Below are positions 49,615 to 61,230 of a stretch of 64,000 nucleotides of DNA, piece after piece (the first letter of the stretch is position 1; each line of letters opens with the position of its first letter). The stretch covers positions 30,456 through 94,455 of the forward strand of contig PFNE01000002.1 in assembly GCA_002791835.1 (NCBI GenBank). The letters are read 5' to 3'. Under the pieces are notes generated by a model. It searched no databases. It was not told where the DNA came from and saw only the letters and a program-made list of their open reading frames with translations. The stretch is from Alphaproteobacteria bacterium CG_4_10_14_0_8_um_filter_37_21. Lineage in GTDB: Bacteria > Pseudomonadota > Alphaproteobacteria > Paracaedibacterales > UBA11393. Both the position numbers and the translations under genes were made by a program.

Positions 49615-52038
49615 TTAATGAATAGCTTCTGGCATACACTTTAACAGCATTTGTTTGCGCAAAAAATCAGCTTTTTCTTCTTCATCTTCATTCCACTGAA
49701 TGGCTTTAGGCTCTCTAACTAAGGCAATTTTTAACACTTCATCTACTGATTTAACAGGAAATATTTTAAGACCATCTTTAATATTTTGCGGTATATTTTC
49801 TAAATCTTTTTCATTTTCTAGTGGTATAATAATGGTTTTAATATTACCGCGATGTGCTGCAAGTAGTTTTTCTTTCAGGCCACCTATTGGCAAAACATGG
49901 CCGCGTAAGGTTACCTCACCCGTCATCGCAATATCTTTATGAACAGGAATGCCCGTTAATGTTGAAACTAAAGCCGTTGTAATGGTAATACCGGCAGATG
50001 GGCCGTCTTTTGGTATGGCCCCTTCCGGAACATGAATATGAAGATCGCGCTTTTCAAATAGAGATGGCTTTATACCAAGACTTACAGCGCGTGATCGTAC
50101 ATAACTAACTGCCGCTTGCACAGATTCTTGCATCACATCACCAAGTTTACCTGTAATTTGAATTTTACCTTTACCTGGGACCATGAGCGTTTCAATTGAT
50201 AGTAAATCACCACCAACCTCTGTCCACGCAAGACCCGTTGTTGCACCAATTTGATCCACTTCTTCAACAACACGAAATTTAAATTTTTTAATACCCAAAT
50301 ACTCTTTAATATTGTCTTGGTTGACAATAATTTGTTTTAATTTTTTATCCACCGAAAGTGCGCGCACAACTTTGCGTGCAATTTTTGAAATTTCACGTTC
50401 CAAACTGCGAACACCTGCCTCACGTGTATAGTAACGAACAGTTGCCTCCAAAGCACTCGCCTCAATAGAAAGCTCTTTAACTTTTAAGCCATGTTGTTTC
50501 AGCTGTTTTGGTACGAGATAATTTTTAGCAATTTCAATTTTTTCATCTTCTGTATATCCTGAAAGACGAATAATTTCCATCCTATCTAGCAACGGTTTGG
50601 GCATATTTAACGTATTCGCGGTTGTGACGAACATGACATCAGATAAATCGTAATCAACTTCCATGTAATTATCACTAAATGCATTGTTTTGCTCAGGATC
50701 TAAAACTTCTAACAAAGCAGATGATGGATCACCGCGCCAATCTGAGGATATTTTATCAATTTCATCCAGCAAAAATAGCGGGTTTGATGTTTTTGCTTTT
50801 TTCATCCCCTGAATAATTTTACCAGGCATAGACCCAATATATGTTCTTCTGTGACCGCGGATTTCCGATTCATCACGAACGCCACCAAGTGCCATTCGTA
50901 CGTAATTACGTCCTGTTGCCTGTGCAATAGATTTAGCAAGGGAAGTCTTACCAACACCTGGTGGGCCCACTAAACATAAAATTTGGCTTTTAATTTTACC
51001 AACACGTGCTTGCACTGCTAAGTATTCTAAAATACGTTCTTTAACTTTATCTAAGCCATAGTGGTCTTTATCTAAAGATTTCTCTGCTAAAACTAAATCT
51101 TTTTTAACAGCAGAACGCTTTTTCCAAGGTAAACATAGCAACCATTCAAGGTAATTACGCACAACCGAAGCTTCAGCAGAAGTTGGGCTCATTGTTTTTA
51201 GCTTTTTAAGCTCACTATAGGCTTTTTCTTCCGCTTCTTTAGATAACTTTGTCTTTTTAATATTTGCTTCAAGTTCAAGCATTTCATCTCGTGGGTCGCC
51301 ATCAGCACCAAGTTCTTTATGAATTGCTTTGAGTTGTTCGTTTAAATAGTACTCACGCTGCGATTTTTCCATTTGGTTTTTCACGCGGCCACGAATTTTC
51401 TTTTCAACATTTAAAACGTTTAGCTCATCTGCAATAACAGTCATCAAATCTGTATAGCGGCTTTCAAGATCTAAATTTTCTAATAACAATTGTTTTTTTT
51501 GAATTTCAACAGGCAAATATGACGCTATTGTATCAACTAATTTTGTCAGATTATCTATCTGATGAAGGGTTAAAATAACATCCAAAGGAATTTTTTTATT
51601 CAACTTAATAAACTGTTCAAATTTTTCTATTAAAAGATTTGACTTTTTCTCACGCTGTTCTTTCGTAAGCTCTTCAACATTTTGTGTTTTTTGTAATGAA
51701 GCATCACCAAACAATATATCGTCTTGTTCTATCACATTATTCACTATAACGCGTGACTCACCCTCAACCAAAACCTTAATCGTACCATCAGGAAGCTTTA
51801 ACATTTGCATAATTTTTCCAAGGGTACCAACTTTATGAAGGTCTTCTTGTTTAGGATCATCTGCATTTATTGTCTTTTGTGTCAGTAAAATAATATGGTC
51901 ATACTTCCCGCTCATCACCATATCAAGCGCTGCAATTGACTTATCACGCCCAACAAACAATGGAACAACCATTTTGGGAAAAATAACAATATCGCGCAAA
52001 GGCAATACAGGTAAAGAAGTTGTTTTTTTTGTCATCAC
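49615..52038 (-). CDS. lon: ATP-dependent Lon protease
   Basis: 807 aa. LON N-domain, Walker [10 protein letters not shown], and catalytic PKDGPSAG with the downstream Lys. Confidence 0.95.
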   Translation of the reverse strand: MMTKKTTSLPVLPLRDIVIFPKMVVPLFVGRDKSIAALDMVMSGKYDHIILLTQKTINADDPKQEDLHKVGTLGKIMQMLKLPDGTIKVLVEGESRVIVNNVIEQDDILFGDASLQKTQNVEELTKEQREKKSNLLIEKFEQFIKLNKKIPLDVILTLHQIDNLTKLVDTIASYLPVEIQKKQLLLENLDLESRYTDLMTVIADELNVLNVEKKIRGRVKNQMEKSQREYYLNEQLKAIHKELGADGDPRDEMLELEANIKKTKLSKEAEEKAYSELKKLKTMSPTSAEASVVRNYLEWLLCLPWKKRSAVKKDLVLAEKSLDKDHYGLDKVKERILEYLAVQARVGKIKSQILCLVGPPGVGKTSLAKSIAQATGRNYVRMALGGVRDESEIRGHRRTYIGSMPGKIIQGMKKAKTSNPLFLLDEIDKISSDWRGDPSSALLEVLDPEQNNAFSDNYMEVDYDLSDVMFVTTANTLNMPKPLLDRMEIIRLSGYTEDEKIEIAKNYLVPKQLKQHGLKVKELSIEASALEATVRYYTREAGVRSLEREISKIARKVVRALSVDKKLKQIIVNQDNIKEYLGIKKFKFRVVEEVDQIGATTGLAWTEVGGDLLSIETLMVPGKGKIQITGKLGDVMQESVQAAVSYVRSRAVSLGIKPSLFEKRDLHIHVPEGAIPKDGPSAGITITTALVSTLTGIPVHKDIAMTGEVTLRGHVLPIGGLKEKLLAAHRGNIKTIIIPLENEKDLENIPQNIKDGLKIFPVKSVDEVLKIALVREPKAIQWNEDEEEKADFLRKQMLLKCMPEAIH

Positions 52039-52302
52039 ACTACCGTACGTAAATTGTTTTTTTAAATATCTTAGCTATAGTATACTCGGATCTTTCACAA
52101 AGAAATAGGCTGTTTCTATGAAAAAAGCCCCCTTAAAAATCTATAACCTAACCTGCTTTTAGATTATCAAAATTTTATTAACATATCATAAATTTTTTAC
52201 AACAAGGCATTTATCAAGACAATAAACAGATAACAGTATATAATGTTTAACATATTATGGTAAGATGAGTCCAAATTAGATTTTTGATACCTATAATGCA
52301 CA

Positions 52303-54057
52303 ATGCCCAATAAAAACACATCCACTGTATTTACTTATATTAAAGGCTATATAGAACCTTTTAAACTTAAAGTTGCCTTAGCTATTATATCTGTTTTCAT
52401 GTCCGCAAACGCCGTATTAAGTGGTGGATATTCACTACACTTATTTGTTAACGAAGGCATGCAACAGCATTCATTTTACGAAATACCCCTTATTTGGATG
52501 TCTTTATCTATTTTATTTTTAGCGTTAGCAAGTTTTGGTCGTTCTTATTATGCATCTTGGATTGCTATTCGTGTCTCTCATGTTTTGCGCCAAAAGTTGT
52601 TTGAAAAAATGCTGCATTTAGACGTCAATTTTTTCGAAAGTGCCAACACAAGTGATCTTGTAAAAAAGCTAACGGAGAACCTCTCTATGCTAGAGCACTA
52701 CCTTGGCAAAGATGTGTCTGTATTATTGCGCAATATTTTATTATTCTGTGGTAGCACAACCATGATGATTTTAAGCACCCCTTGGCTTTTGGCCCAAACC
52801 CTTTTGGTTGTGTGTGTCTTTATTTTTCCACTTATTATACTTGCGCGTTACATAAAAAAAATAACCACAAAATCTCAAGAAAAAAAAGTAGCGTTAACGC
52901 ATATATTGGATGAAGTGATTCACGGTATCAAAACTGTGCAAGCGTTTACAAAAGAAAATTTCTTCATAACTTCTTTTCAAAAGCACAACACGCAATCTTT
53001 TAATGCTGCTGAAAAATACATATTTTCAAAGTCAATTTTTGCGTTTATTATCATTATTTTAACCGCCTGTTTTATTGCCATTATTGCTTATTTTGGCCTA
53101 CAAAAAATTAACGCAAATGAACTATCTCATGGTCAACTAGTCAGTTTTATTTATTTTTCAATCGTTTTGGCAGCATCTTTAGGCTCGTTCCCTGAACTTG
53201 TATCCAAAACAAAAGCTATTAACAGTGTTCTTGTCGCATTAAAAGAGTTAGAAGAACAAACCTCTGCCCTGGCCCACCCAGAAAATATAAAAAACCTGCC
53301 CATCAAAAGCCGTGGAATTGTTGCAATCCACAATGTGTCATTTTCTTACCCTACACATAGCAATCATAAAGTTTTAGAAAACATAACTTTATCTTTAGCA
53401 CCTGGTGAAAAATTAGCAATCGTTGGTCCATCAGGCGCTGGAAAAACAACCCTGTTTTCAATATTGCTCCGTTTTTACGACCCGCAAGCGGGTACAATTC
53501 ATTTTGAAGGTGTTGATTTAAAAGATCTTTCATTGACTGAACTTAGAAAATCAATTGCCATTGTGCCACAAGAACCTGATTTATTTTTTATGTCAATTTA
53601 TGAAAATATAGCATATGGAAATCCCGATGCATCTGAAAGTGTTATTGAAGAAGCAATAGAAATGCTCAAGTTAAATGATGTGTTTAATAAATTACCGCAT
53701 GGAAGAAACACGCTTGTTGGCAATAAGGGTGCACGGCTTTCAACAGGGCAAAAACAACGCATAAGCATGGCACGTGCTTTAATAAAGCAACCTCGTTTAT
53801 TATTATTGGATGAAGCGACAAGCAATTTAGATGCATTATCTGAAAAAGTCATTCAAAATGCCTTAAAACAGATCATGGCGCGGTGTTCATCTATTACCAT
53901 TGCACACAGGCTTAATACAATTCTATCTAGTGATGCAATCGCTGTAATGGAAAATGGGGCGATACGCGCCATTGGCACACATGCCGATTTGGTTGTAAAA
54001 GATGATTTATACAGAAAACTGGTATCTTTACAATTTAAAAATCAAAAATATGGATAA
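52303..54057 (+). CDS. ABC exporter, fused permease/ATPase (ABCB type)
   Basis: 584 aa. A 6-TM N-terminal domain, Walker A GPSGAGKTT, signature LSTGQKQR, and Walker B LLLLDEATS. Confidence 0.85.
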   Translation: MPNKNTSTVFTYIKGYIEPFKLKVALAIISVFMSANAVLSGGYSLHLFVNEGMQQHSFYEIPLIWMSLSILFLALASFGRSYYASWIAIRVSHVLRQKLFEKMLHLDVNFFESANTSDLVKKLTENLSMLEHYLGKDVSVLLRNILLFCGSTTMMILSTPWLLAQTLLVVCVFIFPLIILARYIKKITTKSQEKKVALTHILDEVIHGIKTVQAFTKENFFITSFQKHNTQSFNAAEKYIFSKSIFAFIIIILTACFIAIIAYFGLQKINANELSHGQLVSFIYFSIVLAASLGSFPELVSKTKAINSVLVALKELEEQTSALAHPENIKNLPIKSRGIVAIHNVSFSYPTHSNHKVLENITLSLAPGEKLAIVGPSGAGKTTLFSILLRFYDPQAGTIHFEGVDLKDLSLTELRKSIAIVPQEPDLFFMSIYENIAYGNPDASESVIEEAIEMLKLNDVFNKLPHGRNTLVGNKGARLSTGQKQRISMARALIKQPRLLLLDEATSNLDALSEKVIQNALKQIMARCSSITIAHRLNTILSSDAIAVMENGAIRAIGTHADLVVKDDLYRKLVSLQFKNQKYG

Positions 54058-54202
54058 TGATTTAACCTAAGCTGCATAAAAAGCAAAGACAGGACTTTCC
54101 TTTAAGAAAGATGACTTGTCAGCATAAAAGAAACGCTTGCACCCCATACCCATAAAATTTAAGATAAAATTAATCTTTTTATCTCATAGCGGAGTTCACA
54201 CG

Positions 54203-54868
54203 ATGAATCATCAAAAAACAAAAATAACAGCCCTTTTAGCATGTGGCTTACTATCAACTTCAATAGCGCAAGCAAAAGAACCCTTTACTGGTTTTTTTCT
54301 TTGCTTAAAGGCAGGTGGAGACTTGCTAACAGGAAAGAATAAATACCAAACACCTGCAGGTGAAAACGAATCAACACTTAGGAAAATGGGTATGTCATAC
54401 GGCCTTGGTGCCGGTTACATGAAACTAACCTCATCCAAACTATTATTGGGGGGCGAAGTATATTATGAAGGCCGTTCACTTAAAGCAAAACAAAAAATGT
54501 CGACAACGATATTTGAGGGTGATTTAAATGTAAGTCATAAAAATTCTATGGGCCTATCTGGTATGGTCGGTATGGCAGCAAACCCAAAAATTATTGCCTA
54601 CGGAAAATTGTCATTAGAATCAAACTTATTTGAGCTTAATTTTAAAAATCTAGCCCGTGGTGCAGAAGATAAAAAAATCACAAAACGTTCTTTTGGCATG
54701 TTACCCGGTGCCGGCATGCTTTATAAGCTAAATGATTCTATTCTTTTAGGCCTTGAATATTCTTTAGCAGTTTTAAAAGAAATTAAAACAAACCCAGGTT
54801 CGTCAATAACCAGCATATATAGCCCTTCTGAAAACAGAGTCTCTGCAAACGTGCGCTGGATATTTTAA
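54203..54868 (+). CDS. Outer-membrane beta-barrel protein
   Basis: Start taken at MNHQKTKITALLACGLLSTSIAQA (GGAG SD upstream). Amphipathic strands and a C-terminal ...NVRWIF with terminal Phe. Confidence 0.65.
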   Translation: MNHQKTKITALLACGLLSTSIAQAKEPFTGFFLCLKAGGDLLTGKNKYQTPAGENESTLRKMGMSYGLGAGYMKLTSSKLLLGGEVYYEGRSLKAKQKMSTTIFEGDLNVSHKNSMGLSGMVGMAANPKIIAYGKLSLESNLFELNFKNLARGAEDKKITKRSFGMLPGAGMLYKLNDSILLGLEYSLAVLKEIKTNPGSSITSIYSPSENRVSANVRWIF

Positions 54869-54902
54869 CAAAAAAAAGTGCTAAAATAAGGGGTATGCAA
54901 AA

Positions 54903-55889
54903 ATGAGTGATACTAAACGGATAATGTCGTCTTTTATTTTAAAAATATTACTCCTTGTTTTTACCGTCATTACCCTTATTTTATGCATTTTGTACAGCCC
55001 GATCGGCATACTAACTGCCACTTACGATAGCGAACCTCAATCTTTTATTATTAAAAAGGGAGACTCTCTTCAAAAAATAGCGGTTAATCTAACACAGAAA
55101 AATTTAATAGCGCACCCCATTAGTGCATATATTGCAACCATCGCTTTAGGTAAGCGGGGTAAATTACAGGCAGGTGAGTTTGTTTTTAAGGGTAAAAACA
55201 CCCCCATAGATATTATTAATACACTCTCTTCAAATGCCTACGCCTATCGATTTATTACAGTGACAGAAGGTATGTCTGTAAAGCAAATAGTTCAACTGCT
55301 GAAAGATACGAAATATTTAGAGGGTGAGATAATGACCATTCCAAAGGAAGGGTTAATTCTACCAGAAACTTACGCCTATACTTTTGGTGAAAACAGACAG
55401 ATTGTTTTAAATAGAATGATTCTAGAAATGGAAAAACTACTAAAACAAGTAGATATAGAAATTTTTAACAATCCATATATTACAAGCCACCAAGATCTTT
55501 TAACCCTTGCATCTTTGGTAGAGAAGGAAACAGGCGTTGCTGGTGAACGTGCAGAAATTGCAGGCGTGTATCTGAACCGTTTGAAAGTGAATATGCCCCT
55601 TCAGTGCGACCCAACTGTTATTTACGGTATCACACAAGGTGAAAAATTACAGCGCCAATTAACACGCATTGATTTACAACAGCATACACCCTACAACACT
55701 TACACAAACAAAGGTCTTCCACCTGGGCCCATTGCTTGTCCTGGAAAAAATTCAATTTTAGCCGTTTTATCGCCTGCCCGTACGCAAAATTTATTTTTTG
55801 TTGCAAATGGAACGGGCGGTCACTCCTTTTCTAAAGACCTTAAAGGCCATAACCAAAATGTTGCTGCGTGGCGTAAAATTCAAAAATAA
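54903..55889 (+). CDS. mltG: Endolytic murein transglycosylase MltG (YceG-like)
   Basis: 328 aa. N-terminal TM anchor and YceG motifs (LASLVEKET, VYLNRL...PLQCDPTVIY, NTY...GLPPGPI). Confidence 0.85.
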   Translation: MSDTKRIMSSFILKILLLVFTVITLILCILYSPIGILTATYDSEPQSFIIKKGDSLQKIAVNLTQKNLIAHPISAYIATIALGKRGKLQAGEFVFKGKNTPIDIINTLSSNAYAYRFITVTEGMSVKQIVQLLKDTKYLEGEIMTIPKEGLILPETYAYTFGENRQIVLNRMILEMEKLLKQVDIEIFNNPYITSHQDLLTLASLVEKETGVAGERAEIAGVYLNRLKVNMPLQCDPTVIYGITQGEKLQRQLTRIDLQQHTPYNTYTNKGLPPGPIACPGKNSILAVLSPARTQNLFFVANGTGGHSFSKDLKGHNQNVAAWRKIQK

Positions 55890-55971
55890 ATACGATTTGT
55901 GCACATTTTTATAAGAAACAATCAGCAAAATATATAAAAATACATATCTGTGCATTTTGGTCGTCCAACGC

Positions 55972-57183
55972 CTATTCCACTTTTCCAATAGCTAGTATAA
56001 ATGGGCCTTTTGTAGTTTTTGGTGACGATACGACCGTAATCCATTTTGGTATATCACCCAAAACCCACTTAAATATAACTGATTTTTCATTATGCAGGGC
56101 CTCTCTTGGTTCAAAGGCAATGAACTTAATGTCTCGTTTTTTAATAATATGTTTTATATCATCCAATTTCTCTGTTTCAAAAAACTTACGGGAATCTGCA
56201 ATGCCGTAATTGTGTGTATAATAGCCACCCACCCCTTTATGTTTTGTAAACAATACAATATAAGGGCCATAATTTTCGGAGGTCATAATAGCAACAGATT
56301 TTTTTTCAAAATCAAACTTATAGCGCTGAATATATGTATGGAGAGAAATCTCTTGCCCTTTAGAAGCATCAATAAATTGACAGCGTTTTATTGCGTTTTC
56401 TTTGCAAAAATCAAGCGTTTCTTCTCCCTTTTTTTCATCCTTTTTTTTCAGATCTTCGACATCGGTGTTTTGATTATTATCAGCATCATTATCCTGAGAT
56501 ATTACACCATATTGTGCATAATCATCCATGGAAAAATAATAAGGTATATCAAGCCAAAGAAATGCACCCATTGCAAATATTGCGGAACTCAATTGCGATA
56601 AAAACAATTCTTTTTTATGCTTTATATAGTTTAAAATTCGTTCATAAGCATGGTGCGTCACGATACTGTGAAACCATTTGTATAATGGGTAAAGCATAAT
56701 GAGCACAGATGGAATATAGTAATAAATATAACGCCATTTCAAAAGGTATAACACCAAAAAAACTCCACAATTAATGGCTGTAAAAAAATAAAATTTGTTT
56801 TTATTATTCTTTAGCCCCCAATACACAATATTGATAAAAAATATAATGTGTATAATCATATTTTTGGGGGTTGAATTTCGAAACTCACCAACAGATTCTA
56901 GAATTTTTTGTGCTTCAGGTGTATGCGCATGATCATAAGCGGCCAAAGGTCCATGATAAAATCCTGGGAAGAAGTACTGCATAATACCTAAAGTAATAAG
57001 GGTACAGCCTGTTAAAAAACCAAGTCTAAACAAAGGCGTTTTCAACCCCACAATTGTGGTCATAAAACTCATTACTGTAGCGCATACAATAAGCACGCCA
57101 TGAACAATGGATAGTCTGTCATGCTTAACGGTAAAATATTTTAGCAAAGGATGTTCCACCAAAATAAAAAGTAGTGTCGACAA
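55972..57183 (-). CDS. Hypothetical polytopic membrane protein with C-terminal soluble domain
   Basis: 403 aa. About 7 TM helices followed by a domain of about 170 aa. TTG start, so the N-terminus is uncertain. It lies 47 nt downstream of the UDP-glucuronate decarboxylase gene on the same strand. Confidence 0.55.
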   Translation of the reverse strand: MSTLLFILVEHPLLKYFTVKHDRLSIVHGVLIVCATVMSFMTTIVGLKTPLFRLGFLTGCTLITLGIMQYFFPGFYHGPLAAYDHAHTPEAQKILESVGEFRNSTPKNMIIHIIFFINIVYWGLKNNKNKFYFFTAINCGVFLVLYLLKWRYIYYYIPSVLIMLYPLYKWFHSIVTHHAYERILNYIKHKKELFLSQLSSAIFAMGAFLWLDIPYYFSMDDYAQYGVISQDNDADNNQNTDVEDLKKKDEKKGEETLDFCKENAIKRCQFIDASKGQEISLHTYIQRYKFDFEKKSVAIMTSENYGPYIVLFTKHKGVGGYYTHNYGIADSRKFFETEKLDDIKHIIKKRDIKFIAFEPREALHNEKSVIFKWVLGDIPKWITVVSSPKTTKGPFILAIGKVE

Positions 57184-57230
57184 ACATATAGCAGACGCTA
57201 CAGTTTGAAAAACGGCATTTTTTTTATTGA

Positions 57231-58154
57231 TTAAGACCCGTAATGAATTGTTTTAAGCAGTCCCTCTTGTAAGGGTATGCGGGGGCTCCATCCCAAAAGG
57301 CGCTCTGCTTGGGTGATATCTGGGCGACGTCTTTTTGGGTCGTCCACAGGCAAGTCTTTATAAACAATTTGATTGCTAGGGTTTGTTAATTGTATAACAT
57401 GCTCTGCAAGTTCACGAATTGTAAATTCAATGGGATTTCCTAAATTAATAGGACCAGTAATGTCATCATCAGCTTCCATCAAAGCAATTAAACCTTTTAC
57501 CAAGTCATCCACATAACAAAAACTGCGGGTTTGATGTCCCTCACCATATATAGTTATATCTTCACCCCTTAACGCCTGGACAATAAAATTACTGACAACA
57601 CGGCCATCATTACAGTTCATGTTAGGGCCATACGTATTAAAAATACGGGCAATTTTAATCTTCACGTTATGCTGACGGTGAAAATCAAAAAACAAAGTCT
57701 CTGCGCAGCGTTTACCCTCGTCATAACAACTACGGGGACCAATCGGGTTAACACTTCCGTGATAACTCTCTTTTTGGGGATGTTCTTGCGGGTCGCCATA
57801 AACCTCGCTTGTTGAGGCTTGGAGCACTTTGGCCTTTGTCCTGTTTGCTAAATCTAATATATTAATAGAACCATGAACATTTGTCTTGGTCGTTTGAACT
57901 GGGTCAAATTGATAATGAATCGGGGACGCTGGACAAGCAAGATTATAAATTTCATCAATTTCTAAAGACAAAGGAACCGTCACATCATGACGAATAACTT
58001 CAAAATGCGGATTATCTATAAGGCTTCTAATGTTATTTTTACAACCCGTATAAAAATTATCAACACAAATAACATCATACTTTTTTCTAAGCAGTGCCGC
58101 ACATAAATGTGAACCAATAAAACCAGCACCGCCGGTAACTAAAATAGTTTTCAT
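57231..58154 (-). CDS. UDP-glucuronate decarboxylase (UXS/ArnA-C-like SDR)
   Basis: Start taken at [32 protein letters not shown], and YDEGKR catalytic Y..K are typical of UXS. Confidence 0.8.
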   Translation of the reverse strand: MKTILVTGGAGFIGSHLCAALLRKKYDVICVDNFYTGCKNNIRSLIDNPHFEVIRHDVTVPLSLEIDEIYNLACPASPIHYQFDPVQTTKTNVHGSINILDLANRTKAKVLQASTSEVYGDPQEHPQKESYHGSVNPIGPRSCYDEGKRCAETLFFDFHRQHNVKIKIARIFNTYGPNMNCNDGRVVSNFIVQALRGEDITIYGEGHQTRSFCYVDDLVKGLIALMEADDDITGPINLGNPIEFTIRELAEHVIQLTNPSNQIVYKDLPVDDPKRRRPDITQAERLLGWSPRIPLQEGLLKTIHYGS

Positions 58155-58333
58155 TTGCCATAAATTTTTGATTCTTTTTACCAGTATGACAACATAAAGA
58201 TTAATCAACCCTTAAAATTAAAGCATACAATCATCTTCTTTATAGATAATGAACTTTTTTAAACTATCTATCTGCTCGCTAAAGGTTAACATATTTGTTA
58301 TTGTATCAAGAAAACCCAATAAACAAATTCAAA

Positions 58334-59257
58334 ATGAAGTATAAAAATATAACCCTTATTTTCGTGAAAATAATTATAACCACTGGTATTTTCTTCCTTC
58401 TAAAAGAAAAGGTTCAGCTATCTGAACTTTTGCCTACCCTCGAAAAAGTATCTATCTCAGGTATTATCACGGCATCTTCTATACTTATACTCAGTACTAT
58501 CTTAACTGGATTAAGATGGTATTATGTTTTAAGATTTTGCCGCATTCAGACATCCCTAAAAAATGCAATATTTCAAATTTATAAAGGATTTTCTGTTTCA
58601 CAAATAATGCCCAGTAATATTGGTGGCGACATATACCGCATACTGGCCATTCGTAAAAACGTAGAAAAATATAGGGATGCAACAGCGTTGGTTATGCTAG
58701 ATCGTATCCTTGGCATGTTATCTATGCTTTTATGCAGTATGATGATGACGCCTTTTTTTATAAACATTGTAACAAAAGCCTCTATTAGAAAATTCATATT
58801 TTTGTTAGTTTTAACTGTGGTAATATTAATTTTGTGTTTATATTTTCTTAATCGATTTATAACAAAGAAAATCCCCATACTGCATCAGTTAATGCATTAC
58901 GGCGCGCATCTTTTTAACACAAAAAATTTTCCTAAACTTATTTTTACAACATTATCCATCACTGTGTTATATGTATTTTCTGTTGCTATTTTAGCTAAAG
59001 ATATCGGTATCATGATTGATTTTAAAATTTTTCTATTCGTAATCCCGCTTATTACGATTCTTTCAGTCATGCCAATTTCTTTTGCTGGCTGGGGCGTGCG
59101 GGAAGGATTAATGGTTTTGTTTCTAGGATTTTTTGGTGTTTCAAGTGAACAATCACTTATTTTATCCATCCTGTTTGGTGTTATCAACCTAATTGCAGCC
59201 ATACCGGGTGCACTTATGTTTTTAACGTCAGCTAATTTATCCAGACAGACAACATAA
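58334..59257 (+). CDS. UPF0104 / flippase-like (lysylphosphatidylglycerol-synthase TM region) membrane protein
   Basis: About 307 aa from the first ATG; the track uses a TTG at 58295. About 8 TM helices, a conserved RWYY..R region, and a GW/GVREG motif near the C-terminus (FAGWGVREG). Confidence 0.55.
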   Translation: MKYKNITLIFVKIIITTGIFFLLKEKVQLSELLPTLEKVSISGIITASSILILSTILTGLRWYYVLRFCRIQTSLKNAIFQIYKGFSVSQIMPSNIGGDIYRILAIRKNVEKYRDATALVMLDRILGMLSMLLCSMMMTPFFINIVTKASIRKFIFLLVLTVVILILCLYFLNRFITKKIPILHQLMHYGAHLFNTKNFPKLIFTTLSITVLYVFSVAILAKDIGIMIDFKIFLFVIPLITILSVMPISFAGWGVREGLMVLFLGFFGVSSEQSLILSILFGVINLIAAIPGALMFLTSANLSRQTT

Positions 59258-59295
59258 TTTATGCTAAAATGGCAAGGTATAAGTTATATTAAAAA

Positions 59296-61062
59296 ATGTA
59301 TAGGTATTTGTTCATGCCCCTCCCAAAAACCTCAAACATGATTATATTAAAAAGATTGTTCAATGAACATATCTTAAAGTATAAAAGTCGTTTACGTTAT
59401 GCTTGTATTTGCATGATTATCGCGGCATTATCAAATGCTGCCCTCCCCTTTTTAATTAAAGGTGTTTTTGATGATGTTTTTACAAAAGGTGATATCACAC
59501 AGCTTATCATATTTTGCAGCACTGTTTTATTTGCTTTTATATGTAAGGGTCTATCATCTTACGGCGAATCAGTTCTCATGACTTGGGTCGGTCAAAAGGT
59601 GATATCTGATGTACAAAACCGCTTATTTAAGCACCTCATGAAATTGGATTTACTTTTTTTCCATAATACAACAACAGGTGAACTTTTATCACGCTTTACA
59701 AACGATGTTAATTTAATGCGTAACGCTTTTGCAAACACGACACTAAGTTTAGGAAAAGATAGCATTACACTGATAGTCCTAATAGGAATTATGTTTTACC
59801 GGGACCCAACACTTGCTGCCATTTCTTTTTTTGTTTTTCCTGCAGCCATACTGCCCATTATTAAAATTGGCCGTCGTATGAAAAAAGTAACTTTTAATAC
59901 GCAAGAAATAACAGCAGAACTTACAAATCAACTAACACAAACATTTCAAGGCATGCGTGTTATTAAGTCTTACAATACTGAAGCCATAGAATCTGATCGT
60001 GCAGAAGTCACAATTTCTAATATTTTTAGCCTTATCTATAAGGCAACACGTATTCGTTGTGCGGCCCATCCTATTATAGAAACTATAGGGGGCGTTGCAA
60101 TCATCACAGTCATCGGTTACGGTGGATGGCAAGTTGCCCATAATGACCGGACAACTGGTGATTTTATATCCTTTATCTTAGCGCTTATTCTTGCCTATGA
60201 ACCTTTAAAACGCTTAAGTAATTTAAATGCCAACCTGCAAGAAGGGCTATCTGCATCCTCAAGAGTTTTTGATGTATTAGATGTAGCGCCGCATATTACC
60301 TCACCAAGCGATCCTAAAGAACCCGTTGGAGATAAACACACTATAACATTTGATCAGACCACTTTTGTGTATGAAGGTGGCAAAGTAGCCCTTGATGACC
60401 TGAACTTTACAATTAAATCAGGGCAAACCGTTGCATTTGTTGGACCAAGTGGCGCAGGAAAGTCTAGCCTTATCAATTTATTACCACGCTTTTATGATGT
60501 AACCAAAGGCCATATTTTATATAACGATATTCCTTTAAATGCGTATGACTTAAACCTGCTACGCAAGCAAATGGGGCTTGTATCACAAGAAATAACCCTA
60601 TTTGACATGAGTATTTACCAAAATATTGCCTACGGTGTTGAAAATGCAACAATGGAAGACGTTATTAAAGCTGCACAAAAAGCAGCTGCAGATGACTTTA
60701 TTACAGAGATGCCTGATGGATACCAAACGATGATTGGTGAAAATGGCGTACGTTTATCCGGCGGGCAACGTCAACGCATTGCTATTGCCCGTGCCATGCT
60801 TAAAAATGCCCCCATATTATTACTGGACGAGGCCACATCTGCCCTTGATACAGAGTCAGAAAAAAAAGTTCAAGCAGCGCTTGATATATTAATGGAGGGG
60901 CGCACCACCCTAATGGTTGCCCACAGATTATCAACCGTCATTAATGCTGATGTTATTTACGTTTTGGACAAAGGCAAAATAGTTGAAAGCGGTGATCACC
61001 AAACACTTATTAACCATAAAGGTGTTTACGCAAATCTATGGGCACAACAAAGTCGTCAATAA
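59296..61062 (+). CDS. msbA: Lipid A/ABCB-type exporter, MsbA-like
   Basis: 588 aa. A 6-TM domain, Walker A GPSGAGKSS, signature LSGGQRQR, and ILLLDEATSALD. The start may be the internal ATG at 59338. Confidence 0.7.
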   Translation: MYRYLFMPLPKTSNMIILKRLFNEHILKYKSRLRYACICMIIAALSNAALPFLIKGVFDDVFTKGDITQLIIFCSTVLFAFICKGLSSYGESVLMTWVGQKVISDVQNRLFKHLMKLDLLFFHNTTTGELLSRFTNDVNLMRNAFANTTLSLGKDSITLIVLIGIMFYRDPTLAAISFFVFPAAILPIIKIGRRMKKVTFNTQEITAELTNQLTQTFQGMRVIKSYNTEAIESDRAEVTISNIFSLIYKATRIRCAAHPIIETIGGVAIITVIGYGGWQVAHNDRTTGDFISFILALILAYEPLKRLSNLNANLQEGLSASSRVFDVLDVAPHITSPSDPKEPVGDKHTITFDQTTFVYEGGKVALDDLNFTIKSGQTVAFVGPSGAGKSSLINLLPRFYDVTKGHILYNDIPLNAYDLNLLRKQMGLVSQEITLFDMSIYQNIAYGVENATMEDVIKAAQKAAADDFITEMPDGYQTMIGENGVRLSGGQRQRIAIARAMLKNAPILLLDEATSALDTESEKKVQAALDILMEGRTTLMVAHRLSTVINADVIYVLDKGKIVESGDHQTLINHKGVYANLWAQQSRQ

Positions 61063-61230
61063 TCAAAAAAAACTTTATCAACCAAAATATAATTCTTTGC
61101 AGCTGATCATGAAAATACATTTCAAACGTATTTTAGCTATTTAAAGCACGCAGATAAATTATTTAAAATTTATCTAAGATCCACAATATGCTAAACTATA
61201 AATAACACTATTTTAGCTAAAGGATATTTT

